The position numbers were made by a program, and so were the translations under genes. A DNA stretch of 64,000 nucleotides. Origin: Chiloscyllium plagiosum. Taxonomy: Eukaryota. The DNA lies in contig NC_057720.1 in the NCBI RefSeq assembly GCF_004010195.1, forward strand, positions 9,071,646-9,135,645, read 5' to 3'. Shown here piece after piece: positions 13,036 through 24,677 of this stretch (position 1 is the stretch's first letter; every line of letters starts with the position of its first letter). Below the pieces are notes generated by a model. The model worked only from the letters and a program-made list of their open reading frames with translations, did not search any database and was not told the origin of the DNA.

Positions 13036-13610
13036 ATCTGAATGTTGACGGTGCCTCAGTGTAATGCCTTAAACCCTTCTCAACAACAGGTAGCCATCTG
13101 GCTTTTGAACAAGTGCCTGTTCTGGACCTTGAAACTAAAAATGGAATTCAGGTTTTGCAGTTACACTGTTTTCGTTAGAGGAGGAATTTCAAACCGCATC
13201 CTTCACTATCCCATAAATGACTAGTAGGGGAGAAATAAGACTGGGTCGTGGGATTGAAATGTACTTTGACGTTGATGCTCTACATTTTCATATGGTCATT
13301 TTAAATATCACAGCTTAACACTTTGTGCCTGCCCTAATCTTACCTATATTCTAAGTTCATTTTTTGATAGGTTCATCTCCAAATGCTTGCATTCATCCAA
13401 GCCTTTGCAGGCCAAGAAAAAAAGTTTTAACCATAAAGCTCACAGATCACTGAAATAAGTATTGGATTTCACAAATGTCCACCCTCTTCAGTATCCAAGG
13501 GCCCAAACACACCTTCCAGGTGAAGCAGTGATTTGTACTTCACACAATCTAGTCTATTGTATTCGCCACTCACCAAAGTGGTCTACTTTACACTGGAGAA
13601 ACAAAGCATA
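13036..13610 (+). repeat. Arm 1 of a local inverted duplication
   Basis: Reverse complement aligns with 16022-16245 plus 16877-17244. Confidence 0.9.
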
Positions 13611-14152
13611 GACTAAATGACTGCTTCACAGAACGTCTATGGTCTGTCAGCAAAAGCGACCCTGAGCTTCCATTTTCCTGCCATTTCAACACCCCCACCC
13701 TGTTCTCTGGCCAACATCTCTGTCTCAGGCTTGCTGCAGTGCTCCGGCGAAACTCAGCGTAAGCTGCAACAACAGAATCTCATTTTCCACTCTCCAGCCT
13801 TTGGGTGTCAATATCGAGTTCAATTATTTTAGAGCTTCAGGCACCTTCTCCTATGTCCTTACCCCAAATCCTACCCACCAGGCCTTGTTATCACATGGCC
13901 TGCTATTACACACTGTTAGCTACTAATAGTCCCTGTTGGCAACCATTCAGTCTCCTAGGCTATCCATTATCCACTCCTTTCTCTGACCAACTATTCTTCT
14001 CTGTCTTTGGGCTCTATCTCCACCTGTCATTTACTCCTTAATCCCTCCCCCCATCTCATCTTCAAAATAAAAAACAACTTTTTCCTCGCTACCATCAGTT
14101 CTGAAGAAGGGTCACTGGACCCGAAACATTAAGTCTAATTTCTCTCCACAGA
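13485..14152 (+). mobile_element. Penelope-like element 3' fragment (Neptune-type GIY-YIG relic)
   Basis: Frameshifted CTSHNLVYCIR...GLLYTGETKHRL; ends in hammerhead motif agtt-ctgaaga-agggtcactggaccc-gaaac-att at 14097-14130. Confidence 0.78.
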
Positions 14153-14209
14153 TATATGTAATACTTCATGTTGTAAATCAACTGACAAAGGGACAGATTT
14201 TGTCCAGTT

Positions 14210-14706
14210 ATTTGCTATTGAGGGAGTCCAGTGAATGTTCACCAGACTGATTCCTGGGATGGCAGGACTAACATATGAGGAAAGACTGGATCAACCGGGC
14301 TTGTACTCACTGGAATTTAGAAGGATGAGGGGGATCTCATAGAAGCATGTAAAATCATGATGGGACTGGACAGGCTAGATATGGGAAGCATATTCCCAAT
14401 GTTGGGGAAATTCAGAACAAGGGGTCACAGTCTTAGAGTAAAGGGTAAGCCATTCAAACTGAGATGAGGAAGAATCTCTTCACTCAGAGAGTTGTGAATC
14501 TGTGGAATTCTCTTCCACGGGAAGCTGTTGGGACCAGTTGGATGCTGGATGTGGCCCTTGTGGCTAAAGGGATCAAGTGTTATGGAGAGAAAGCGGAACT
14601 GGGATGCTGAGACTGCATGACCGGCCATGATCATATTGAATGGTGTTGCAGGCTCGAAGGGCCGAATGGCCTACTCCTGCACCTGTTTTCTATGTTTCTG
14701 TGTTTC
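14210..14706 (+). mobile_element. CR1 LINE 3' fragment
   Basis: FTRLIPGM...FRRMRGDLIE region and (tttctatg)n tail. Confidence 0.88.
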
Positions 14707-15664
14707 ATACTTCAAAATCTGTTTTAGGATTCACTTAACATGCATGGCAAGATACCACAGTGCAACTTATCACTAGCCAAAATTCATATAATTCACCCCT
14801 GTAGCTTAGAGCCTAAAGACCTCTCAGTTGCATGGTTTGCAGCATGTTTATCTGGTTCCTTTAACAAGCGTTTTTTTTAAATATACATCCACTGCTATCA
14901 CAAACATTTAATTTTCAACTCTTGTAATGCATTACAACAAGTATTTCTGGCTCAGATTACACATCACAAGTAATGCCATAGCCCAATGATTTAAGCTGGT
15001 CACAGGAATTGTAACTAGAGAAACTGTAGATTTGTAGAACACAGTACTCTGTCTATTTATAGGCAGCAGGTCACTGGCCAAATACCCACAACTTTCAACA
15101 ACACACTTATTTGAACACTGCTATCTGCTGGGAATATCATTTCACACAGTGACCTCAATCATCCCATTCTCATTTGCTTCTTTCTTGCTGTTTACATGTG
15201 GAACAGCATCAAACAGCTTCTTCCTGGTTTATGGGTCAGAGCAAAGTCACAGCACATCATTGTGAATGACTGCACTAACACCCAGTCTGGGAGATGTAGA
15301 TTGAAAGGGCAGACAGAGAGAAATGAGTCTCAGGCAATGGGACACATATCTAGAGAGTGATGGGCAGATCTTTCAGTGTTGAAGGTAGGAACCACTCTTA
15401 CATAGACAGGATGGTGAAAATTTGGAACACTCTTTCACAAATGAAAGTTATTGCCTCAATCACTTGTTCATTTTAAATGTGAGGTTGATGCATTCTTGTT
15501 AACCAGGATAAGAGCAACTATGGGCCTGTGGAGTTAGATCGGTCATGATCCCATTGAATGGCAGAACACGTCTGAGGAGCTAAGTGGCTTATTCTGATTC
15601 CATTCATTTTATTTAATATTCCAAGACACTGCATACAGAAACATAGAAAATAAGAACCATGGAA

Positions 15665-16010
15665 GGGGGAGGCAATGGCCTAGTGGTATTATCACTGGAC
15701 TATTCATCTCAAGACCCAGGTAATGCTCTTGGGACCTGAATTCAAATCCTGCCATGGCAGATGGTGGAATTTGATTTCAATAAATATCTCGAATTGAAAA
15801 TCGAATGACTATTATAAATCCATTGCCAATTGTTCGTAAAACCTGTCTGGTTCACTAATGCCTTTTAGGGAAGGAAACTGCATTCCTTACCTGGTCTGGC
15901 CTACATGTGACTGCAGATGCACAACAAGGTTTTTGACTCTGAAATGCCATGTGGGCATTTAGGGATGTGGAATAAATGCTGCCTAGTCAGCAACGCCCTC
16001 ATCCTGTTAA
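15665..16010 (+). mobile_element. tRNA-derived SINE, family B, full length
   Basis: A-box tggcctagtgg and B-box-like ttcaaatcc; body ctggttcactaatg...ggtctggcctacatgtgac; 3' tail shared with LINE family B. Confidence 0.75.
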
Positions 16011-16021
16011 AAGGATAAGTT

Positions 16022-17244
16022 TATGCGTTGTTTCTCCAGTGTAAAGGAGACCACTTTGGTGAGTGGTGAATGGAGCAGACTAGATTGAGTGAAGTACAGG
16101 TAAATTACTGCTTCACCTGGAAGGTGTGTTTGGGCCCTTGGATACTGAAGAGGGAGGAAGTTTGTGAAATCCAATACTTATTTCAGTGATCTGCGAGCTT
16201 TATGGTTAAGACTTTTTTCCTTGAACTGCAAAGGTTTGGATGAATTCCGTTATTGGTCAGAGTATTGAGTACAGGAGTTGGGAGGTCATGTTGTGGCTGT
16301 ACAGGACATCGGTTAGGCCACTGTTGGAATATTGCGTGCAATTCTGGTCTCCTTCCTATCGGAAAGATGGTGTGAAACTTAAAAGGGTTCAGAAAAGATT
16401 TACAAGGATGTTGCCAAGGGTGGAGGATCTGAGCTACAGGGAGCGGCTGAACAGGCTAGGGCTGTTTTCCCTGGAGCGTTGGAGGCTGAGGGGTGACCTT
16501 ATAGAGGTTTACAAAATTATGAGGGGCATGGATAGGATAAATAGACAAAGTCTTTTCCCTGGGGTCAGGGAGTCCAGAACTAGAGAGCATTGGTTTAGGG
16601 TGAGAGGGGAAAGAAATAAAAGAGACCTAAGGGGCAACTTTTTCATGCAGAGGGTGGTATGGGTATGGAATGAGCTGCCAGAGGATGTGGTGGAGGCTGG
16701 TACAATTGCAACATTTAAGAGGCATTTGGCTGGGTATATGAATAGGAAGGGTTTGGAGGGATATGGGCCGGGTGCTGGCAGGTGGAACTAGATTGGGTTG
16801 GGAAATCTGTACAGCATGGACGGGTTGGACCGAAGGGTCTGTTCCATGCTGTACATGTCTATGACTCTATGACTCTAAGTGTTTGGAGATGAACTGATCA
16901 AAAAAATGAACTTAGAACATTCCTAAGATTAGGGTAGACACAAAGTGTTAAGATGATATTTAAAATGATCATATGTAAAAGCAGAACATCAATGTCAAAG
17001 CAAATTTCATTCCCACGACCCTGTCTTATTTCTCTCCTCCCAGGTGTTTATGGGATAATGAAGGATGGGGATTTGAAATTCCTCCTCTAATGAAAAACGT
17101 GTAGCTGCAAAACCTGAATTCCATTCTTAGTTTCAAGCTCCAAAACAGACACTTGTTCAAAACCCAGACGGCCACTTGTTGTTGAGTTCCCAGTTGGTGA
17201 GAAGGGTTTAAGGCATTACACTGAGGCACCGTCAACATTCAGAT
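16022..17244 (-). repeat. Arm 2 of the inverted duplication, split by a young HER1
   Basis: Homology to 13036-13610 continues on both sides of 16246-16876. Confidence 0.9.
16246..16876 (+). mobile_element. HER1/CR1 LINE, young 5'-truncated copy
   Basis: Open 183-aa ORF (LYRTSVRPLLEYCVQFWSP...WNELPEDVVEA) and (tgactcta)n tail. Confidence 0.95.
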
Positions 17245-17359
17245 TCAGTGCTTTGAGCTTGCTGCACTATTCAATATGTTCATGGATGAGCATCCAACTC
17301 AGTGCCCTGTTCCCGTTTTCTCTCCATATCCATTGATCCCTTTAGCGCTCTCACCAAGG

Positions 17360-18202
17360 AGGCAGCACGGTGAACACCGCTGCCTCACAGAACCAGGGAC
17401 CCAGGTTTGATTCCAACCCAAGTCGACGTTTTGGGACTTGGGCATCTCTGGCTTGCCAACATTGATAGCCTATCCCTAGTTGCCCTTGAGAAGGTGCTGG
17501 TGAGCTGCCTTCTCAAACCAGTGCAGTTCACTTGCTGTGGGTTGGCCCACAATGCCAGTAGGGAGGAAATTCCAGGATTTTGACCCAATGAGTGTGAAGG
17601 AACAGTGGGATATTTCCAAGACTGTCTGTGTGGAGTTTGCATATTCTCCTTTTGACTGCATGGGTTTCCTCTGGGTGCTCCGGTTTCCTCCCTCTGTCCA
17701 AAGATGTGCAGGTTAGGTGGATTGGCCATGATAATGGGTGGCACAGTGGCACAGTGGTTAGCACTGTTGCCTCACAGCAACAGAGACCCGGGTTCAATTC
17801 CCGCCTCAGGTGACTGGCTGTGTGGAGTTTGCACATTCTCCCCGTGTCTGCGTGGGTTTCCTCCAGGTGCTCCGGTTTCCTCCCACAGTCCAAAAATGTG
17901 CAGGTTAGGTGAATTGGCCATGCTAAATTACCCGTAGTGTTAGGGGCAAGGGTAAATGTAGGGGAATGGGTCTGGGTGGTTCGTGCTTCGGCAGGTCGGT
18001 GTGGACTTGTTGGGCCGAAGGGCCCGTTTCCGCACTGTAAGTAAATCTAAGTAACTTGCCCCAAAGTGTCGAGTAATGTGCAGACTAGGTAGAGTACACA
18101 TGGGAAATGCAGGGTTGTAGAGATGGGGTGGGTCTGGGTGGGATGGTCTTCAGAGGGCCAAACGGCTTGCTTCCACACTGTATGAATTCTATGATTCTAT
18201 GA
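17360..18202 (+). mobile_element. Nested HE1 SINEs (young copy 17736-18050 inside an older copy) plus a LINE B fragment at 17430-17620
   Basis: Two V-domains in series; the older copy resumes at 18054 (ttgccccaaagtgtc). Confidence 0.85.
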
Positions 18203-19301
18203 ACTCTCTCAATCTCCTTCATGAAAGCATTCGATGATTTGACCTCAACCACTTGCTATAGCAGAAAATTCCATTCTCTGGCTGAAGACATTTCCTGTCA
18301 CCTCCATTCTAAAGGGCCTATTGTATATCCTTAAACTGTAACCTTTGGTCCTAGACTCCCCAGTTATCAGGAACATTTTTCCTGTATTTACCTTCTATAG
18401 TCCTGTTAATTTTTTAAATATGTTGGCTCATTGGATTGCTGATAAAGTTTAACAGCCATCTCCAACTGCCAATAGAACACTTATGAGTCAACCATATTAC
18501 TCTGCGTCTGTAGTTACTTCTGAACCAGACCAGAAGGGGACAGTGGTGAAGCAGGTGGTCATTTACAGTAATTTACATAGATCCCATTGGGCTAGCCCCT
18601 TTTCTCTTATTCCAAATTTTTATTGAATTCAAATTTGACTATCTGTCTTTGTAGGATTCTCCAAAACATCACCTTGGGGTTCTGGATTGCTAGTGCTAAT
18701 GACATTAGCATTAAGTCACTGGGTCCCAAGATTCCTATGAGGTGTCCCCTTATTTGTATGAAATGCAGAGAATATAGTCTTAACTAATATAATCTCTCTT
18801 CATGGGAATACTTTCGCCTCAGGAATGAGTCTGGTAAACCTTCATTGCATTTTTAAGAATATAGAACATAAGAGCATAAGAACTAGGAGAAGGAGTAGGC
18901 CGTCTGGCCCTTTAAGCCTGCTCCACCATTCAATAAGACCATGGCTAATCTTGTTGTGGACTCAGCTCTACTTACCTGCCCTCTCACCATAATCCTTAAT
19001 TCCTTTACCATTCCAACAAATTATCTGTCTTAGCTTTGAAGGCATTTACTGAGGACATCTCAACTACTTCACTGGGCAGGGAATTTCACAGATTCCCAAC
19101 CTTCTGGGTGAAGAAGTTCCTTCTCAATTCAGTCCTAAATCTGCTTCCTCTAATTTTGAGGCTATGCCCTCTTGTCCTAGTTTCACCCGTCAGTAGAAAC
19201 ATCCTCTCTACTTCTATCTTATCTATTCACTTCATAATTTTATGTGTTTCTATAAGATCCCCCTTCATTCTTCTAAAATCCAATGAATATAATCCTAGTC
19301 T

Positions 19302-20150
19302 TGGATATAGGTTTGATCGCTGAGCTTGAAGGTTCATTTCCAGACATTTCGTCACCCTACTAGATAACATCTGCAGTGGGCCTCAGGTGAAGCACAGCTG
19401 AAAATTCCTGCTTTCTATTGATATATTTGTGTGTCTTTGGGTTGGTGATGTCATTTCCTGTGGTGGTGTTGTTTCCTGTGGTGAAGTCACTACCTGTTCC
19501 TTTTCTCAGAGGATGGTAGATGGAGCCTAACTCGATGTGTTTGTTGATAGAGTTCTGGTTGAAATACCATGCTTCTAGGAATTCTCGTACATGTCTCTGT
19601 TTGGCTTGTCCTAGGATGGATGTATTGTCCCAGTCGAAGTGGTGTCCTTCCTCATCCGTATGTAAGGATACCAGTGAGAGAGCATCATGTCTTTTTGTGG
19701 CTAGTTGATGTTCATGTATCCTCGTGGCTAGTTTTCTGCCTGTTTGTCCAATTTAGTGTTTGTTGCAGTCCTTGCACAGTATTCCCCCCCCTAACCCCCA
19801 AACATCAAAGACATCTCAGAAATGACTGTCAGACTACTCAGACCCTTTGGCATCATGGTAGTCCCCAAACCCACCAACACACTAAAACAGCAGCTAATGA
19901 ACTTGAAAGACCTGATACAGACAACAAGCAAAACTAATGTCATTTACAAAATACCGTGAAAGGACTGTAACATCACCAACCCAAAGAAACCCAAACATAT
20001 AAATAGAAAGCAGGAATTTTCAGCATTGCTTCATCTGAGGCCCACTGAAGATGTTACCTAAAAGGGTGACGAAACATCTGGAAATGAACCTTTAAGCTCA
20101 ACCAGCAAACCGACATCCAAAACCTGAATCTGAACTACAAATCTTCTCAA
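19302..20150. mobile_element. Penelope-like element (Poseidon-type GIY-YIG relic) with inverted arms
   Basis: Minus 19490-19782 CKDCNKH*IGQTGRKLATRIHEH...FDWDNTSIL...REFLEAW; plus 19800-19970 IKDISEMTVRLLRP...NVIYKIP*KDCN; TSD taatcc(t/c)agtct at 19290-19301 and 20151-20162. Confidence 0.9.
20042..20081 (+). ncRNA. Minimal hammerhead ribozyme motif in the Penelope terminus
   Basis: cca-CTGAAGA-tgttacctaaaagggtgac-GAAAC-ATC-tgg; stems I and II pair; mirror relic at 19339-19379. Confidence 0.65.
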
Positions 20151-21326
20151 TAATCCCAGTCTATTCAGTCTCTCCTCCTAAGCTAAAGCCCTCAACTCCA
20201 GAATCAACCTAGTGAACCTCCTCTGCACCCCCACCTGGGCCAGTGCATTATTTCTCAAGTAAGGAGACCAAAACTTCGCACAGTACTCCAGATGTGGCCT
20301 CACCAGCACCTTGTGCAGCTGTAACATAACAAAGGAAAAGTATAAAGAAAATTACAGCACAGGGCCAGGCTCTTCGGCCCTCCCTGCTTTTAAACTCAAT
20401 CCCTTTGGCAGTGAGGGATAAAACTCCCCCTTTTGCCAGATGAATGGAATCTTTGAACAAAAAACAAAATTGATAGAGAAACACAGCAGGTCTGGCAGCA
20501 TCTATGGAGAGAGAAACAAAGTTAATATTTCAAATCCCTGATCCAACATCAGAACTGAATTCAAGGAGCCTAGTTGATTATGGAAGCATTAAAAGATTAA
20601 AGAAGATTACACAAGATGGGTATGACTAAACAGGTGCTTGATGATGTTATATGACAGGTCCTTCTATGATGGTGACCCTCTTTAAAACAGAAGAACTTAT
20701 TATCTTCTTTAAAGTAATATTAGAAAAATCCCAATAGGATCATTGAGGGTTTAATATGCTGATTCTACAAATACTCATTTCGAGGTTCACATATCAAAAC
20801 CTGGTAGAACATTTTCAAATAATTAACCAGTGCCCGACCTGCATTGGGTCCTCAATTTTACAATTCCCATTCTTGTGATATTCAACCCTTGAAATGGTCT
20901 CATCCCTTCCCATCTCTGTATTCTCCTTTAGCCTTTTCGTGCTGCCATAACCCACCAGGCTCCTTGAATTCAGCTCTGTTGAAGGGTCACTGGCCTCGCA
21001 ACATTAACTCTGTTTCTCTCTTCACAGATACTGCCAGACCTCCAGAGCTTCTCCATCAATTTTGATTCATGTTTGTTTGCCCCTCGAATCTGGCTCCTTG
21101 TGCATTGCCCATTTTCCTCAATCTGGCATCGCTAGCTGGCACTGAGCTCTGTTATTCCATCCCAAAATCTGTCTTTCTCTCTCTTGAGAAGCTACTCAAA
21201 GCCTATCTCCTTCACCAGGCTGCCCTTGTACCTCCACATGTAGCTGGTTATCAAATGTTATCTGACAACATCTGAAGACATTTCATGGCATGAAAGGGAC
21301 TCCATCATTGAGTTATTGCAATTTAC

Positions 21327-21405
21327 CTTTCGGTTGGGTTGTTGTGAATATTTTGATGCAAGGTCGATGTCAAGGTCTAAGAACTTGGATACCAGCTGCA
21401 CGGAG
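21327..21405 (-). CDS. Candidate 79-nt exon (SVQLVSKFLDLDIDLASKYSQQPNRK)
   Basis: Minus strand atcctatttcag/...CGAAAG/gtaaat; one open frame; non-repeat sequence retaining CpGs. Confidence 0.25.
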
Positions 21406-21819
21406 CTGAAATAGGATATCACTTGAACCTTAGCATCTTTATATGAAGCTGTCAAATAGCCTCACAGAATGGTTCATGACATGATGTGGTTATAGATGTT
21501 TTTTCTTCATTTTTTTATTATGAGTCCGTCATAAATCATGACAACCATTTGGATCACTTTCTCTTTTAGAGTTTCCTTATCTTGATTTGCAGCTGTAGTG
21601 GAAAAAGAAATCATATTTAATGGAAATATCTTCCATCAAGGGTAAACAATTTCAGCTGAAGCAGTCAGGGGATTAGTGACGGAACCTTCTGGAGGAATTT
21701 ATTAATTAACAATGTTCGGATAAAATTCAAGGCATATGTGTCGGCTGAGAAGTATGGAAATAGGTTTTGTGTTGTTACACTCAGCACAGTAAATATTCAA
21801 TTGCAATGTCATTGTGATT

Positions 21820-22190
21820 GGGTGACACAGTGGCTCAGTGGTTAGCACTACTACCTCACAGCTCCAAGGACCTGGTTTCGATGGCAGCCTTGGGCGACTG
21901 TCTATGTGGAGGTTGCACATTCTCCTGTGTCTGCGTGGGTTTCCTCCAGGTGCTCTGGTTTCCTCCCACAGTCCAAAGATGTGCAGGTTAGGTAGATTGG
22001 TCATGGTAAATTACCCCATAGCGTTTAGGGATGTGCAAGCTGAGTGGATTAGCCATGGGAAATGCAGAGTTATAGGGCAAGGCGGGATTTGGGGGTGTGG
22101 TACAATTGGGTAGGTGAGATGCTCTTTGGAGGGTCAGTTGGACTTGATGGGGTGAATAGCCTGCTTCCATACTGTACGGATTCAATGTCA
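21820..22190 (+). mobile_element. HE1-type V-SINE
   Basis: tRNA-like head, V-domain and tail. Confidence 0.88.
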
Positions 22191-22414
22191 TGGAGCAAAT
22201 TACTGTCAGCTCAACTCTGAAAGAATAGTGGGTCCAAGCTTAATGTAATGAATCTAGGGTCAATATTGCAAGATGTAAAGAGGAAACTGAAGAGTTGCCA
22301 CACCCTTGCTTGGTTATTAGGAAGGGATAGCAGATGGTGTTTTAATCTGAAGGTCACCATGAAGCAAGGGGAGAGAAAGAGATTTCTTCCTGGTAACTTC
22401 AGATAGTGCTGGAG

Positions 22415-22546
22415 TTGAACCTGATGAAAGGCTCTGGCCCGAAACATCGACTCTCCTGGTCCTCAGATGCTGCCTGACCTGCTGTGCTTTTCCAGCAACA
22501 CACTCTCGACTCTGATCTCCAGCATCTGCAGATCTCACTTTCTCCT
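22415..22546 (+). mobile_element. Penelope terminus with hammerhead relic
   Basis: cctgatgaaaggctctggcccgaaacatcgactc followed by the family 1 arm. Confidence 0.7.
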
Positions 22547-22602
22547 GTAATGTTATCTGTTACTCTGCATTACAAACCAGACATCCAACCAATTAAGCTA
22601 AT

Positions 22603-23075
22603 TGAAATAACTCCACGGAGGCCACTCCCCTGTCACCAAGTTACCCTTTATGTACACAGTCATAATATGTGATGCTGACCCAGCTAGCTCAGAGCCGGCT
22701 GCTCGAGTGAACAGAACCCTCCCCCCCGACATGAAAACTGAAATTTCTGGAAAAACGCAGCTGATCTGGCAGCATCTGTGAAGAGAAATCAGAGTTAACA
22801 TTTCAGCTCCAGTGAACTGGTTGAGTTCAATGGACCCGAAACGTTAACTCTGATGTTTCTCCACAGCTGCTGCCAGACTTGCTGAGATTTTCCAGAAATT
22901 TCTGTTTTTGTTTCTGATCTCCAGCATCTCAGTTCTTTCGGTTTTTATTTCGAATCCCTGACACTCCTGTTTATATCTGTCAGCCAGGGCTCCCTGATCA
23001 GACCAAGTTAACAGCCCCAATCAGGGAACTCATATTCTATGAGATCCACCTGGCTGACCTCATTACAATCATACA
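22603..23075 (-). mobile_element. Solo LTR family B with 5-bp TSD, containing a nested Penelope palindrome (about 22728-22950)
   Basis: TG...CA ends; ctaat at 22598-22602 and 23076-23080. Confidence 0.8.
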
Positions 23076-23444
23076 CTAATGAACTTTGAGAAGGTTTAAC
23101 TCCAGCTCAAAGAGTCACAGATTGACCATGAATATTGACATGAATGTTGTCAAACAGTCATCAAGAGAAAGACAAGGAGAATAGTTCAAATGATTACAAC
23201 TATTTATTGGGGCATTGCACCTTTTTTTAAATGCATTGCAGTTTGGACTGCCGACATTTCCTCATTGCTTTTTTCCATAGCAGCGCATTGACCAATCAGA
23301 AGTCAGTTACTTTTTCCCATGACAATACTTCAGCCAATTAGAAACCAGTTTTGCCCCCCGTGGCAACCCCTCAGCCAATAGAGTCCACTCTCCACCCAAT
23401 CAGCATGCCTTTCATCCGCAATAGATTTTTTTTTGTGATTGAAC

Positions 23445-23680
23445 TTGGTTGGTTGAGAAATAAACATTGCGGGGGAATTTCTTTGCTTTTTTTATGAACT
23501 GTCTCCATGGGATCTTTAAGGCCAGTTGAGGCGAGACAGCAGATTCAATTTATCCTTTAAGCTGAAACATGTCAACTCTGACAATGCAGGCCTCCCTCTG
23601 TACTGCATTGGAGTGTCAGACTGGATTATGTTCTCAAGTCTCTCAAGTAGGAGTCAAACGCATAACTGTCTGACTCAGAT
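23445..23680 (-). mobile_element. DeuSINE (SacSINE1-like) remnant
   Basis: ccatgggatcttt...ctctgacaatgcagg...gtactgcattggagtgtcag. Confidence 0.6.
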
Positions 23681-23896
23681 GTTTTCATCTGTATCTGTGT
23701 CTAAATAATATGGAATCAAAGAACACCCACAACGTCACAGGAGATTTGCTTGGGAATGTAATGGCCAACCACATCGTACTTTTAGAAAAGGTGTTTGTGC
23801 TACGTAGCAGCTGGAAGAATCAGTCAGGTTCCAACTGCTGTTAAAACCAATCACCTAGATGCAACTTTACTGAACACATATGGTCCTTTACAGTTC

Positions 23897-24055
23897 TGGG
23901 GTCAGTTTGCACAGTTGGCCGCACAGTTGGGGTTTTTAATACAGGATGGAGGCGAACAGCATGTATTCAATTGCTGCACTGACTGAGGGTACCTGTCTCC
24001 TTTTCAACCTCTCCCCTCGCCTGAGGTGTAGTGACCCTTAGGTTAAACCACCACA
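23897..24055 (+). mobile_element. tRNA-headed SINE, family C
   Basis: ctgaggtgtagtgacccttaggttaaaccaccac is shared with 61372-61530. Confidence 0.55.
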
Positions 24056-24078
24056 TTTTGCTGCAATGAGTGAGCAAC

Positions 24079-24207
24079 CTGATAAAACATTTCCTTTATC
24101 TGGTTTTCTTTGTAGACAATGGCTTTTTTTACTTGATTGTGCATGAGGTGCATGAGTCTCTTTGATTCTGAAGCTAACTCAGTGACTCTCACTCTTCCCT
24201 CATGGAG
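24079..24207 (-). CDS. Candidate 129-nt exon (LHEGRVRVTELASESKRLMHLMHNQVKKAIVYKENQIKEMFYQ)
   Basis: Acceptor gtgtttttcag; weak donor CAG/gttgct; phase 0-0. Confidence 0.18.
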
Positions 24208-24628
24208 CTGAAAAACACCATTCTCACAGAAAGGTGAAATTAAATGAAATAATTGAATCAAATAGCACAGAAAGAGACCATTGGCTCATCATTCAAATGC
24301 TGGTTCCTTGAAAGAGCTACCTAATTAGTTCTACTCACCTGCTCTCACACTATAGGCCTGCAAATTCTCCAATACTTCTCAAAAGTTGTCATTGAAATTG
24401 CGTTTTCCGATAGTTTGGGTGGTACGTTCCAGTTCATGTGAACACACTTCATGTTAAAATAAAAATCTAATTTTCCCTTTAGTTCTTTTTGCTTGTTTTC
24501 TAAGTCCTTGTCCTCAGGTTACCAATCCACTGCTGGTAAGAACAATTTTGGGATCAAAACCGTTCAATTCTTTTCACACCCCTATTAAACCATATCCTTC
24601 TCTGCCAAGTGACTCTCATGGTCCTTAC

Positions 24629-24677
24629 TTCAGGACACTTTGGTTTAAGTCCCACTTGCTCTAGAAGTGTGCAGGAT
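24629..24677 (-). CDS. Candidate 49-nt exon (SCTLLEQVGLKPKCPE)
   Basis: Minus strand catcatttccag/...GAA/gtaagg; one open frame; phase-compatible with 24079-24207. Confidence 0.18.

Larger units (their letters stand above)
18857..20425 (-). mobile_element. CR1 LINE 3' fragment interrupted by a Penelope element
   Basis: (cataaga) tail at 18860; CR1 sequence resumes at 20151. Confidence 0.85.

Noticed and set aside
17740..17760. V(D)J recombination signal heptamers (cacagtg)
   Set aside because: They are part of the HE1 head, with no spaced nonamer and no Ig or TCR segments.
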